From Podarcis gaigeae (Eukaryota), in NCBI GenBank assembly GCA_964106915.2, contig OZ066922.1: 64,000 nucleotides of DNA; one strand, 5' to 3'. Positions within the stretch are counted from its first letter, which is position 1; each line of letters starts with the position of its first letter. A program made the position numbers and the translations under genes. The notes beneath the pieces were generated by a model. The model was not told where the DNA came from. It saw only the letters and a program-made list of their open reading frames with translations, and made no database searches. Below are positions 1 to 12,571 of this stretch, piece by piece.

Positions 1-2349
1 ATTTTCTGAGATGCATAATGAAATGGGGAGCCCAACAAGATATTGTGGATAGCGTTTAGGCTAATTTTTGTAGGGGCCAACTGGCCTTTTCTCTCATCTA
101 ACGTATGTAAATATAATATTTTTCTCTTGTGGCAAAGGGGAGGAGACTGGCACTGATTTATGAAGCCTTCTAGCATTCTCTGTGCACTGCATCCTGTGAG
201 GGCATGATGCTCTAATTACACTTGCTCTGTATAATGAGAGCTCTTAATGACAATTACGGATTATAGTTAGGGTTGCTCAGGGATTTTTTTTCCTTCTCAT
301 CTTGAGATGATATATTGACTTTTGCACAATAAGTCTTTATACCGTATGGGTGCAGTGGGCTAAGCAGTGCTCCTTTGCTAGCCCTTTGGGGGGAAATGGA
401 AGTTGTACAGCTGAACAGCTTGATGAACTTAAGTTCCCTGTCAATATTTACACCGCACACTGGCTTCTTTGAAGTTTATGAAGGTAAAATGACATTTCAA
501 TGTGGGCCTTGGGTTCACCATCTTCTAAGCAGCTGGTCCTAATAAGCGGCTTCTGATTTGCACATAGATTTATCTCAGTGTTTAGGGTGGAGCTAGGCCT
601 AGGCATAATACAGGGTTCCAACTCTGTTATGTCTTTGTAATGGTGGGGTGGAGAAAAGTACACTAGCAAAGCAAAATAGGTGGGTGGGTAATATTTAGTC
701 CTTTCTTCTGCCTACCAATTACTCTCTGAAAATGCCTTCCAGGCTGATTTTAATTGATTATTTTTTTTAATGAAGCCTGGCTTTAGTGCCCTAAAAAAAG
801 GCCTGTTTGAGGGAAAGGAATAGCTGAGGGAGGGAGGGGGCATTTACAGGGATAAACTGGTGGACTTAGGAAGTCTTAAATACCACCCCCCCCTCTATGC
901 TCTCCTTTGGCCATGCATTCCCATTACCTTGACAAATGTGGGCTGCAGAATGTGTGTGCAGAACATCTAGTTTCACCCTAAGGCTGTTTTTTGTTTTTGT
1001 TTTTTTGTTTGTTTTTAAGAATATGGTTCAAGCTTCTGAACATTATCATAGTTGCTTCACATTTTTCATGCTTTGGCAATAAGCTTTTGCTGAAATGAAA
1101 GGTTAGACTGAAGGCCAGCTTTGTTATTCCAGCCACTGAAGAGTTAAGAAGCAAAATCTGCCATTTTCTTTAATATTATTGTAATTACTTCCCACTCACT
1201 TCCAAACACATACCATGTCTGTCCCAAACAATATTTTCCTATGTAGGTAATCTTGCCTTGTGTACCTTTCCATTGTGAACAGAACTGTTGAACCAATTGA
1301 AAATACGTTTCTCTTCTCGCTCAGCTTCGTCTGAGTGGATGCCTACCTTTTGCTGCAAGGTAACAGCAGCAAGCATTTGTCCCATGTGTCTTGGAAAATT
1401 ACTGGTAGAACTGTCCAAACCCCTAGAGAAGCCTATCCTAAGTCTGCCTTTTGAGTTTTAAAGACTGACTGTGACCAGAAGAACTGTACAGATAATAAAA
1501 TTTACCATGCGCTTGCCCATTACTTAAATGTATGTTAAATTGCAGCAATAATTTCAGTAATGTGTGGTTCTGGTGTTGCTGTTGCCACATCCCCTAGTCA
1601 TTAACCAATTCAGTTTCTGTGGCCTGAAGTCATTGGTTTTCTAATGCCACACCCCCTTTCTTTCAGATTCTTTGATTATAGAAATAGATGGTTTTGGTGA
1701 TTTGTTTTTGCGTAAGTTTTGCACTGCTTACCAAATATGTAAGTCATCGAAAAAGCAGGTTCCTTTTTAGTGGACTATCCATTGTGCACACACCCCACAA
1801 TTCTTTTTAGAAAACCATAAGTTCTTTTACACCTTTTTTTTTAAAGCACCCTCATACTACATGCAGACAAATATTTTAGAGCTACTTTTTCTCAGTGAAG
1901 AGAAGCACACACACACAACACATAAATAAACAAACACCTGCTGGTAGTTATAAAGTGGTACATAAACAATAGTTGGAATTGTTAAATCTGAAACCCACTG
2001 AGAAAATACTGGGAAGACTCAAAGCATAAAGCTCAGAGGTATACCTCTCCCATGGTTTACTAATGCAGACAACCCAGGAAACCATTTAGTGATATTGCCT
2101 TACTTTACCATAGGTTGGGGGGGGGGGGAAGTATTATGGACAAAAAAGAAGGATCATCAGTTTTTGTCCACTGCTTTGTCTTCAAGTACCCGCCCCTCCC
2201 CCCGGCGCTACGGCCACCAGATTTCAGCAACTCCCAAGACAAAACAAGAAACGTGTATGCTGGGAACAATAAGTTGATTAGTTAAGCAAAATGGTTAATG
2301 AGGTGGTTGCAATTTCATGCTAAAGTATTTTGATAACCTTATTTTAATA

Positions 2350-2599
2350 CAGTTGTACCTTGGTCCTTGAATTTAATCCGTTCTGGGAGTCTCTTCGACG
2401 CCCGAAATGGTTTGAAAACCAAGGCGTGGCTTCTGATTGGCTGCAGGAGCTTCCTGCAGCTAATCGGAAGCTCTGGAAGCCGGTTGGATGTTCGGCTTCC
2501 AAAAAATGTTTGCAAATCGGAACACTCACTTCTGGGTTTGCGACATTCGGGAGCCAATTTGTTCAACAACTAAGGTGTTTGATTACCAAGGTACCACTG
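2350..2599. mobile_element. Tc1/mariner (Tigger-like) non-autonomous MITE
   Basis: TIRs cagttgtaccttgg / ccaaggtaccactg (13/14). TA at both sides (2348-2349, 2600-2601). Confidence 0.85.
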
Positions 2600-3613
2600 T
2601 ACATGTCCTAACAACTGAATTCTTAGACTGCAGTGTGGTGTCATCAGAGTCGCTACTCTGATGTTGCACCCTGATACATCATTGCAAAGTGTTAGGGTAG
2701 AAATTCAGCTGTGTGACTGTAGTATTCATTTATTTTTCCTTTGCTGCATTATATACTTGAAAGTGTCACAGTCATAAGCTTAATGTTCTTCCTCTCCCTT
2801 TACTAATGCTACTATGACACATTCATTTTTACGAAATGGGCATTTTCTTTACTCATGATTATATCCTGGACAGCTCCACTCTCCTGACCCATTTCCTAGA
2901 ACCTTCACAGTTCTTTTGTTATTACAGTGGATGTAAAATCCTGTTCAGTAATTTAGCTGTTTGTCTTCCTTTCTTCAGAGCGTTGGTGAGTGCATCAACA
3001 GTAAAATGGAAAAATATTCCACTAGCAAATCTGTTACTCTGAAGTGTATAATTTGGCAAGAGCTATGGGCCATTCCTTGAGCTATGGGGACTTTGATATC
3101 CCTTAGCCATCAGTAGCACATATTGATTCATTACATAATAGTGAAAGTACACTTTGGTATTTGTGCAGTCTTAGAAAGAGTAGTGTCCATTATGATGATT
3201 TTACTCTATGTTTTTGAGCAATATGCAATAGAATGAGGAAGCTGATCAGTAGAAAGTACACAACTGCCTACAGAGGCTACATTTCTCAAATAAAACACAG
3301 GCTAAGTGTAAAACAAACTAATAACTTGCTTATGAGAGCCATTTCTTAACTTTTTGGGGACCTTCCTTCCCCATTTATCTTTTTAAGTTTTTCCAGAAAT
3401 GTGACACTTTATTGAAATCATGGGTGGTGTCTGACGAAGAGCAGACCTATTTAAAAGCTTCTATTTGGAGGATGATTTAGTTGGGTACCATCCGATGGGA
3501 GTAATTATCATTAACCTTTATTTCCTTATAAGGAATTAAATCTACCTCTTAGATAAATTTTCTCATTCAGTTTTGTCTTTGAATTGTCAAGCTTGTGTGT
3601 ATTTGGTCTCAAT

Positions 3614-4115
3614 CAGGGGTTGGCAAACTATGGCCCAGGGGCTGGATGCGGCCCACCGGGCTCGTAAATCTAGCCCTGCAGACCCTGCCACCCGCTCGGT
3701 CAGTCCCCGTGCTAAACCGGCGCAGTGTGGAGGCCTCGCTGCGTGGGGACTGACTTCTGTGACACTGGCATGGCTTTGGATTAGCTGCAGGAAGCTCCTG
3801 CAGCCAATCTGAAGCCACAGATGCTTCTGGGTGACACCCGTTCCTTCCCACTGAGGTGGCCACGTATGGCCAAGAGCCAAGCGGGAGGAAGCGGTGGCAG
3901 TGGGGAGGCTGCCTCCGCTGCCCAGGCCAGCGGCATGGGCTCTGCACCGCGCAGATCACTGGCTGAGGCAGAGGACGACGATGACGCTGCCAAGTGGCGG
4001 CTGCGGCGTGAGTGGCGGGCAGGGGGGTTCCTTTCGGGAGAGGGTGGGTCTGGCCCCCCACAAGGTCTGAAGGACAGTGGACTGGCCCCCTCCTGAAAAA
4101 GTTTGCTGACCCCTG
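3614..4115. mobile_element. hAT-type non-autonomous DNA transposon, GC/CpG-rich
   Basis: TIRs caggggttggcaaact / agtttgctgacccctg. Imperfect 8-bp TSD gtctcaat / gtctcacc. Confidence 0.8.
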
Positions 4116-6699
4116 GTCTCACCTGTATGGCAACTCCTAGTCCAACTAGGCTTTTCAGGTGCTAATTATTTGTAGAGTGTCTGATCTTAAAATTGTCTAG
4201 CTGCTGAAGACACTCCAGAAATAGTATCCTTTTATCTATAAAATGGAATATTAGTTGGAGTACACAAACATTGCAGTTTTCTAGCTGTACGGGTTGTCCC
4301 CAAGCTCTGTTCTAATATATTTCTCCTTGACTTTCCACATTCTGGGCTTGTTTGTCTTTTATGTTCAACATGTAAAAATAAAAATTGAATTGTTCAGAAT
4401 CAGGCTGAAGGTTCAATCAATGGACTGAAAGTTCAGGAACTGGGTGTGATTGAGTGTTCTTAGGATATCATAACTGGTCGCATTTGCTTGTGTCATGATT
4501 TCATAATTAATTGTTTTTCCTTTGAGTGCAATGGTTTGATTCCTATTTAACAGGTATATCAGTGGTTCTTACTTATTTGCCAATAATTTGTCTATTTTTA
4601 AAGCTGTCTATATCCCAGACTCTCTGTGCATACTCTCATTATCATCTTAAAGCAATTTGTGCATATTACTATATGCCCAATATCTGTTCTTTAAAAGTGT
4701 TCTCCTTTGGTGCTTGATGGCTTCATCACTTCCAATATTTCAATGGAATGCACTGGATGGGTTTACCACAGAAATGTTGGTGGGACAATAGGTGTGGGAG
4801 GGTTTAAAATTGATAGTGTTGAGCATACCTGTAAAGGTTCTTTTTCTTCTTTGCATTTTCTCTGCACAGTTTATATATAGCATAGCAACAAAGTGAGATG
4901 AATCCTGATTTGACCTTAAGTGCCTTGCCATTCAGCTGAGTGGTTTCCCTGTAGGAATAAAAGCTGACACTGCTTTGCCTGAGTTCCTTCAATCAATATT
5001 AGCGTGGGACAATACACATTATATAGATATGAAATAAAAGCATCCCTATTGATACAGATGGATAGACAGACATATTCCTGGCTCAGATCTTAAAAGGTTA
5101 TGGCAAAGAGCAGACTATGTCTGGATGGGACTGAAGAATTTTCATCACTGGTGAGTTAACTATAGATAGTCAGGCATTGATTCCCACATCTTAAGGCCTT
5201 TTGATTTGGCTTGGAATTAAATACTGTTACCAAAAGAGGACTGATTTCTTTCGGCTTGCAGAATGCACTTATTAAAATTATGTAATTCATGAATATAAAT
5301 CTAAAATAGAAAACCTGTAAGGAATTTGACTGAATAGAAATATGAATTATGATAAAGGTGCAGGGAACAATTTTCCTTTGACTTTATTTTTCATTAATCT
5401 CATATATGATTTTTGTGTATTTTGATCCAATGTTTATTAAATGTGTAGAAAGGAAATGGTTTTGAAATTTATTTCTATGTATGTCCTTAAGTTCCTTCTT
5501 CATGTGGCCTTTATGCTGAACATAGCTTTGAGCATGCTTTGTGCCATGTAATAGTTGTACTAATATGATGATCAAATAGTATAAGATTTCAAATACGGAT
5601 TTAAAAATCAGATTCACTTGCAGTTTTCTCATCTGAATGTGTGTTTCTGGCTAATAAAAATTACTGCAATTATAAACCATCTATATACATCTTTTGATTT
5701 AGGCAGTTGACCCAATTCAGCCAACTCTTCCAGTTTGCATGTGCATTTTTCTCTGGCTGGTTGTGTATTGATTCTTTGATACATGCAAAATTGACTCCTC
5801 CATTGAATACAACTGTCAAGGCCACATGGACAGGAAGTCTATACAAATTGTAGTAAATGTGGTGTGGTTTTGAATTGGTAATGTTTTTAAGGTTCCTGTT
5901 CTAATTATAAAGTTTATGTCATCAAATATTCTTTAAACCTCACCTGTAGCAATTTTATCACTAGACGTGTGTGCAGTAGCAGTGCCCCATCCACAAAAAT
6001 ATACCCTGCAGAGAAATGTTAAATTGAGAAGAATGGATGGTTCTCTTTCTGGTGTTAGTCAACTTCTTTTAGTGGTAGGGAATTTCATTCAAAAGCTTAA
6101 TATTAACATCATATACTTCTGAATGATTTGAATTTCTTAAATGTTATGTTTAGTAGTAAGAAAAAAAGAAACCAAGGGTGCATGGTAAGCTAGTTCTTCC
6201 TGCTAAACTCTCTCTCTCATGTTTTAGGTAGAGACAAAATCAAACCAAAGCATTTTCCCTTTCCATGAAACTTCCAAGTAGGCTGGCCATGGCATTCAAC
6301 AGCTATAGCTTCAGTTTTTCTAAAAGTCTGGTTCATGCATATTACCACATGCATATGTTTTTTGCCTGTGCATGTAGAAACATGAATGAACCAGAGATTC
6401 AGTGATGTATAGACCACCAAGGCAGTTTATGTGGTAGTGATTTTGGCTTCACCCCCAGCTGTCATAATTATAGAAATGACTGCTATTACATACTACATGT
6501 AGTTTCAGCCAGTTTATACCGAGGTTGGCGGCTCACAGAAGGAAGGCATTACATGGAGTAAATCTGATGGAAGCTAACAAGTATAAACAGCTCAAAGTCT
6601 CTGTTGCTTATGCTACGGTTGAGGTGTAAATATCTTCTGCTTCTATATTTAAGGGGGAAATACTGTACCCTAGTTGCAAGTATTCACATAATTATTGCA

Positions 6700-6900
6700 T
6701 GAATATGAGAAGAACCCTTTTGGAGCAGACCAAAGATCTGTGTAGCCCAGCACCCTGTTTCCAATAGTGCTGATCAGATATCTCCAGAAAGCCCACAAGC
6801 AGGGTTTTCAGTAGTCCTCCCTTGTTTGTTCTGAGCATGTTTTTTTTCAGGTATGTCCTGCCTCTGAACCTGGAGGCTCTATTTAGTCATCATGGTTAAT
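6700..6900 (-). repeat. Degenerate CR1-like LINE/SINE 3' end
   Basis: Reverse-complement similarity to 14540-14675 (cccacaag, cagcaccctgtttcc, agaagaaccc). Boundaries approximate. Confidence 0.45.
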
Positions 6901-6989
6901 AGTCTTATCTTCCATAAAGTTGATTTTAATTTTTGAAATTGCTACACTTTCTTATGGCAATGATTTCTGTATAAGAGCATTAGAGATAC

Positions 6990-7102
6990 TAGATCTCCAG
7001 TGACTTAGGCAGAAATCTTTCCAAGCCCTGCTATTTTAACTTACCAGGGAGGGAGCCTGGGACCATCTGCATGTAAAGCATGTCCTCTGCCAATGAACTA
7101 TG
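6990..7102 (-). repeat. Degenerate tRNA-derived SINE fragment
   Basis: The reverse complement reads catagttcattggcagaggacatgctttacatgcagatggtcccagg, a tRNA-like head. Related to 11400-11558 and 43255-43415. Confidence 0.5.
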
Positions 7103-8317
7103 AAACTTCTGTTTCAAGAGAGAGGAGAAAATGCATAGCATTTAGATCTCTGCTGCTTGAGGGCAGACCAGCAAAAGCTGCCTTCTTTTTCCTCTCGAGC
7201 CCAGTGACGCAAGAGCTGACCAGCTGCTTCTGCTTCAGGTTTTTTAGATGATATAGTGACAGCAGCACAGGTGCTGCTTCAGGCTCTCTGGGGCCATGAT
7301 CTCATCTACAGTGCCTCAGTCTCAGGAAGGCCCCTACTGGGGGGTAGATGCCCTTGGAAAGCCCTGTAGCATTGCTGCTGGCTGCCCTGCTGTGGTGGCA
7401 AACAATATTTTATAAGTTTAACAGTATTTGCACTGTGGCAAAGCAACGGTAGCACATACCTCCTTCAGGACCACCTCTCCCACAACGCCTTGCTCTGAGG
7501 GAAGGACCCTGTCTTGGAATGAGGCACTATGAAGGCAGGGTGGTGGTGGCTGGGTTATGGAGCTGCAAGTGATGGCAGCCACAGCTGGGAGTCCTGCAAC
7601 AAGCAGAAGGAAGGCAGCAATCAGCCATATGTCCCAATCCTATGTCTGAGTCATAGACTAATTTTGTCTCAAGGAAGGGCCACCACTGCCTACATAGGAG
7701 ACAGCCTGGTGCTTCTCCCTCCCTTTGTCTTTAAAATGTTAGAATCTTTTGCTGGGGCAAAATGTAGTAGCAGCATCACTGGAAAAGGAAGGGGAAGTTG
7801 CCTGCGAGAATACTTGAACTTCTTTCTGAAAGATATAAAGGATGTGAAACATGTAAAGTAGCATGAGTGAGAGGCAGATAGATAGATATTGGTGCTGTCA
7901 ACTGTAACTTCCAATCCAAGGCCTCTGTTGAGCAAAACCCCAACAGTGCTAACACACTATCAGGTATTAATATGTTGCCATGTTCCACCAAAATAATGAG
8001 GAAACATAAGTGCTGATTGAAGCTTCTGTGATGTTCACAGCCATCTTGATCTTTGTTCCTACCTCACATAGATTATATTGTAACCTTGTTGGGATCATTC
8101 ATATATTTTTCAGTGTGTATGATATATGAATGCTGCAGTTCATATGTAGTGGAAGCAGGTGGGAGGGGGAAATCAATGGGCAGGCTCTCTTGCTTCTTGA
8201 AAACTCCTAACCCATCCATATCCCTGTACCTTTTAAAAAGCATTTCCAGCAGTACCATTTCCTCACAGTGTGTTCTGAGTTCCACTGCTCTAGATTTATT
8301 CCCTATGTATTAGATCA

Positions 8318-8449
8318 CAGATGAGGGATCCATGGTTTTCCAGATGTTGTTGGACTCCCAACTCCCCCAGCCCTAGCTAGTGTGGTCAGTAGGAATGATA
8401 GGATTTGAAGTTCAACAGCATCTGGAGAGCCACAGTGTCCTTATTCCTG
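8318..8449. mobile_element. Short (~130 bp) palindromic hAT-like MITE
   Basis: Inverted core ccagatgttgttggact...agttcaacagcatctgg. Same family as 10681-10814, 41025-41150 and 49746-49880. Confidence 0.6.
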
Positions 8450-10680
8450 TAATTAGATTGTAATACAGACTGATATGTTTCATACTGATTGGAACAAAGT
8501 TCCAATTAACCAGGACATTTTATACCAAGCTTCACCAACTTTTATAAACCGATAGCCTCATTTGGATTTTAGAACATATGCTGTGAATACCACCCCTCTG
8601 GTCACTTCTGTCCCCACTCCTGCAGATCAGCCACGCCGCACGAAAAAGACAGAAAGACTGAAAGCGCATGCACACTTGATTTTTTCAAGGGATTTGAGTA
8701 CAAGTTGGATTCAGTAGAATTAATCTGAACCTCAAAAATCATGTGGGTGAAAGAGGTAATAGGAAAGATTTGCACTCTTCCACCTTAAGCTCTAAGTACT
8801 TGTCAAGGGGAAAAGAGTTAACCACCCTCACTACTTCATGACTGGGGGCAGTGAATGGTGGAGGGAGGTCTCTGAGGCTCCATGGATATCAGGGGAAGAT
8901 CTCAGGTGTGCCACTGTACCCATGAACACCATGCTGGTGATCCCTAAGCCCTACAGACTAGGCAGGTTTCCATATGTCTGTGATTTCTCTATTTCCTAAA
9001 ATATTCTAAATTTCCTAAATATTGTCACAGTCGCTGTCTAGACTTTTGTATGAATATCCTCTCTCTACTAGTTTAATTTGAAGTAGCCAAGCTCACCATA
9101 ATTATAAGCGGAGTGCTTTTCTTTTTAATGATAAAGATTTGAGAGGGCGGGTATATGTATGCATGTGTGTCATTGATTGCCAGGAAATGTGGCGATGACT
9201 AGCAAATCCAGTCAGAGGAGTCATGTGTAACATTATCATTGATGGAACATTTTTTACCATTAAGCCTTCAAACTCTCATCTTCAGCTGTCAACACATGGG
9301 CACTTTTCTGGAGCCAAATTCTCTCACGCTGTGCACTGCCTGCAGCTTGCCTGAAGCTCAACTTTGACTGAAAATGTTGATTTCACTTCTTTTAGCCTTG
9401 TTCTCATTTAGCGTTAAAACCTGCCTAGAGTCTGCCTTTTATTCTGTAATGTACACATGCATGTGTCAGCCCTCGCACACTTCTGATGTGAAGTTAAGGT
9501 GCTCAAAAGATATGCTAGTAATCTCTATGAATAATTGATTAGAGATGAGTCTGGCAGTGTTAATTGTGAGGTGCAGCTGAGTGAATGCCAAAACAAAAGC
9601 TCTTCTGAATGTTTCCGGAAAAAAACTTGTAAAGTCTTTAGCATTGAGCAACAGGGTCAGTGCACCGAAGTGGAATTTAAAGGATGCTCTTGACTGTAAT
9701 GGATTTTGACTTGCTTTTGTCATGTGCCTCAGTGCATCATTGATTGGGCACTCATTTGTTAAATCAGCTCTATTTTGTTGTTTGTCAGACCATAGACTGT
9801 TGAAATCTTCTTTAAAAAAAAATCAAAACCAAAAAAAATCTCTTTACGAAAAAGATGTTAAATTATCAGATTTCATTGATGAAAATGTCATGTGGATATA
9901 ACTGTGAAGAAACACATTGTGGGGATATCCACCAGCTTACTGGGGAATGAAAGGAATGAGTTAAGATTTATCTGAACTATTGATCGTTCATCTTCTTAAA
10001 TGCTGCCTTTAAATTCAGCTCAGGGCTGGTCTCCAAAACTATTTCAGCTGGAAAAGGTCTTAAACAGTGTGCACTAAAAAGCATTGCTCAGGGTACGCGC
10101 TATGCCATATCCAGTTTGGAAAATGGTTATATAGGAAATCTGATGGATAAAGAGTAAGTGATGGGTAATAGGATTCTCAGCTTCAAGGAGGCTTCTGAGT
10201 ATTGGAAAATGCAACCTTCTGCAGTGAGCTGGAGTTTTCAAGGTGCTGGGGGGTAGCTAGAGCACAACATTATAAAGAAGTAGACCCTGAACATGTATGA
10301 TATATCTTCATAGACATAGGTGGTGTTGCCCTTGGAATGAATATTTACTTTCCCCAGATAATTGCTGATGGTTGGGAGTAAGTGTTTATGGTGAATTCTT
10401 GAGTAATTTACATAGGTGGTGGTGTTTAGTAGGAATGTTACTTTTGATATCTGAGGGAAAATAATGTGTTTATAGTTAATTGCTGGTTTGGGGGCTTGCA
10501 AATAGTTTTCTGTTGGGACACAGGAATGTTTTCATCTTTCCTATGCTCAAAGCAATTTTATCTTTTAGCCCTTATTGTTTGGCTATGTTTTATGTTGCTT
10601 CTGGAATGGGCACTTTTTCTTCAGGTAGGAAATCAACCTTTGGGATGAACAGATTTTGGATTCAACACTAATCCTTACTG

Positions 10681-10814
10681 CAGCCCTGGGGAACCTTTGG
10701 TCCTCCAGATGTTGCTGAACTAAACCTCTCATCAGCCTCATCAAGCATGGCCAACAGCAAAGGACAATGATATGTAGTTCACAACATCTGGAAGGTCAAA
10801 GGTTCCCCAAGCCT
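10681..10814. mobile_element. Short palindromic hAT-like MITE
   Basis: Inverted arms ggggaacctttggtcctccagatgttgctgaacta / tagttcacaacatctggaaggtcaaaggttcccc. Confidence 0.7.
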
Positions 10815-11399
10815 ACTTTAGAGGGTCTCTTTGGTCACTCTACACTAGACCAACTACTGGAATGGGATTCTTCTGCATCCCCACAGGCACAGAGGCCTGA
10901 TGCAGATGCTCTCCCCACCCTGCTTACCACTCTTCTTCCCATATTTTCCCAACAGTTGTGCCAGTCTGATTGCTGAAGTTGCCATCCAGCATTTAAGCTG
11001 GGCAAGTTAAAGTTTATGTTGCTGCCTTTGTGTATTCAACCAGCTAGAAGTGTGGCTAATAAAGATGTGCCCTGTTTTATTTGCTTAGCAATCATTTGCT
11101 TAGGGATTCCAGTGAACTCCTCTTCCATGGAGATCACAATGTATTTGGGAATATTATTCTTCCTAATCCTTTATAATTCTAAAATAAATAAGTAGATCAA
11201 TCCATGTTTACTAACCAGCATAATGGACTGTGAGAAACTGGAAAAACTAACTTAAGTATTCAGCATTGCTTATTGCTCTTATGCGCTGAAGGATGAATGC
11301 CTTCGTCATAGACAAGACAAGGTTTTCTGTTTTTGCAACCCTTGCAGAAATGGGGAAACAGTGAGTTGGAGCAAGTCATCCTTTAATCTCAAAAGGATC

Positions 11400-11558
11400 A
11401 CAGGAAACTGATTTTTTATACTGGGTCAGTCCATTGTCTACACTGACTAGCAGTAGTTCTTGAGGGTTTTAGACAGGAGTCTTTTTGAGACCGTCCCAGA
11501 GACACCAGGAATTGTTCCTGGGATCTTTTGTGTGCAAAGTACGCACTCTGCTTACTGA
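11400..11558 (-). repeat. Degenerate tRNA-derived SINE
   Basis: Shares tctacactgact...ttttagacaggagtct with 43255-43415. tRNA-like head at the right end. Confidence 0.5.
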
Positions 11559-11856
11559 ATTTCCCAATACTATAATCAGTTAGTCATAACTAACTTAATT
11601 ATTTGATTTTAGTGGCATGGAAACATGCCTGACATAGCATTGCTCCAGCCCAATGTTTGTCCATCTATGGTAGCAGATCCTCCAAGGAAGCATGGGTGCT
11701 TGATCCATCAAATCTTGCTCATTTTAGATTTTGAGCAAAGATTAAGAAGTGATTGAAAAGTGAAACGTGAGCAGATGGGAGAAGAAAATGAATATACTCA
11801 GTACACATTACAGTAACCATGTAATTACTTAAACACATACCCACTCCCATCTAGTA

Positions 11857-12571
11857 TGGTGTTTCCCAACTGGGGGCCCCCAGGATATTCCAAGGGGGGC
11901 AACAGGTGAAAATTGGATAAATGGGGGGCCATGGCACGAGACTAGGGGACCACAGAGGGAAGTGAGAAGTGAAGAAAACAGAGTAGTGACCCAGAACAGA
12001 AAACAGAGAAGAAAATAGAAAATGGAGAACTAGAGTGAACAGAGAAGTGACTTGGGCTTCCCAGTGGATGGAGCACCACATGCACTCTGCGGTAACATCA
12101 CTTCTGCTTCCTTCTCCCTCCCACTTTCGCACTCCACCGCTGTGCGCACCAGGCTGTCCACATCTCGTTTGTCATAGGAAGGAGTGTGGCTAAAGAAGTA
12201 CGTGGAGTCCTGTTTCTTCATGCAAGTATTACTGTGAAAGGAGATATGTTGCTGCATGCAAGAGTTACTCAGCCTAATGTGGAATTGCCTTAACATAGTG
12301 GGCACAGAGGTGAGCTTCGGTTATCCCTCATAGAAATAGAACCAGATATTAAATAGCTTGTTTCTGGTCATCAAGCAAAAGAGTCACATTGAGAAATACG
12401 TAAAGTATAAATTTTTATGTAATTGTATTTTGTATAAATTATAAATAAAGTATGTTCTATTTGAAAACAAAACATTTAAATAGCTACCTTTCTACTGGTA
12501 GGAAAGGGAGGCCACAGGAAGGAAACAAGGTCAGAAGTGGGCCATGGTCGGAAAAAGGTTGAGAAACACGG
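11857..12571 (+). mobile_element. hAT (Charlie/Buster-like) internally deleted DNA transposon
   Basis: Perfect 8-bp TSD atctagta (11849-11856, 12572-12579). TIRs gtgtttcccaac / gttgagaaacac. 12312-12392 translates ELRLSLIEIEPDIK*LVSGHQAKESH*, resembling Charlie-type transposase C-termini. Confidence 0.85.

Noticed and set aside
3573-4122. Overlapping 80-150 aa ORFs in GC-rich sequence
   Set aside because: They lie almost entirely inside a TIR-bounded hAT element, and stop-poor GC-rich DNA explains them.
8525-8946. Possible old hAT element
   Set aside because: Only weak terminal similarity and no TSD; could not be supported.
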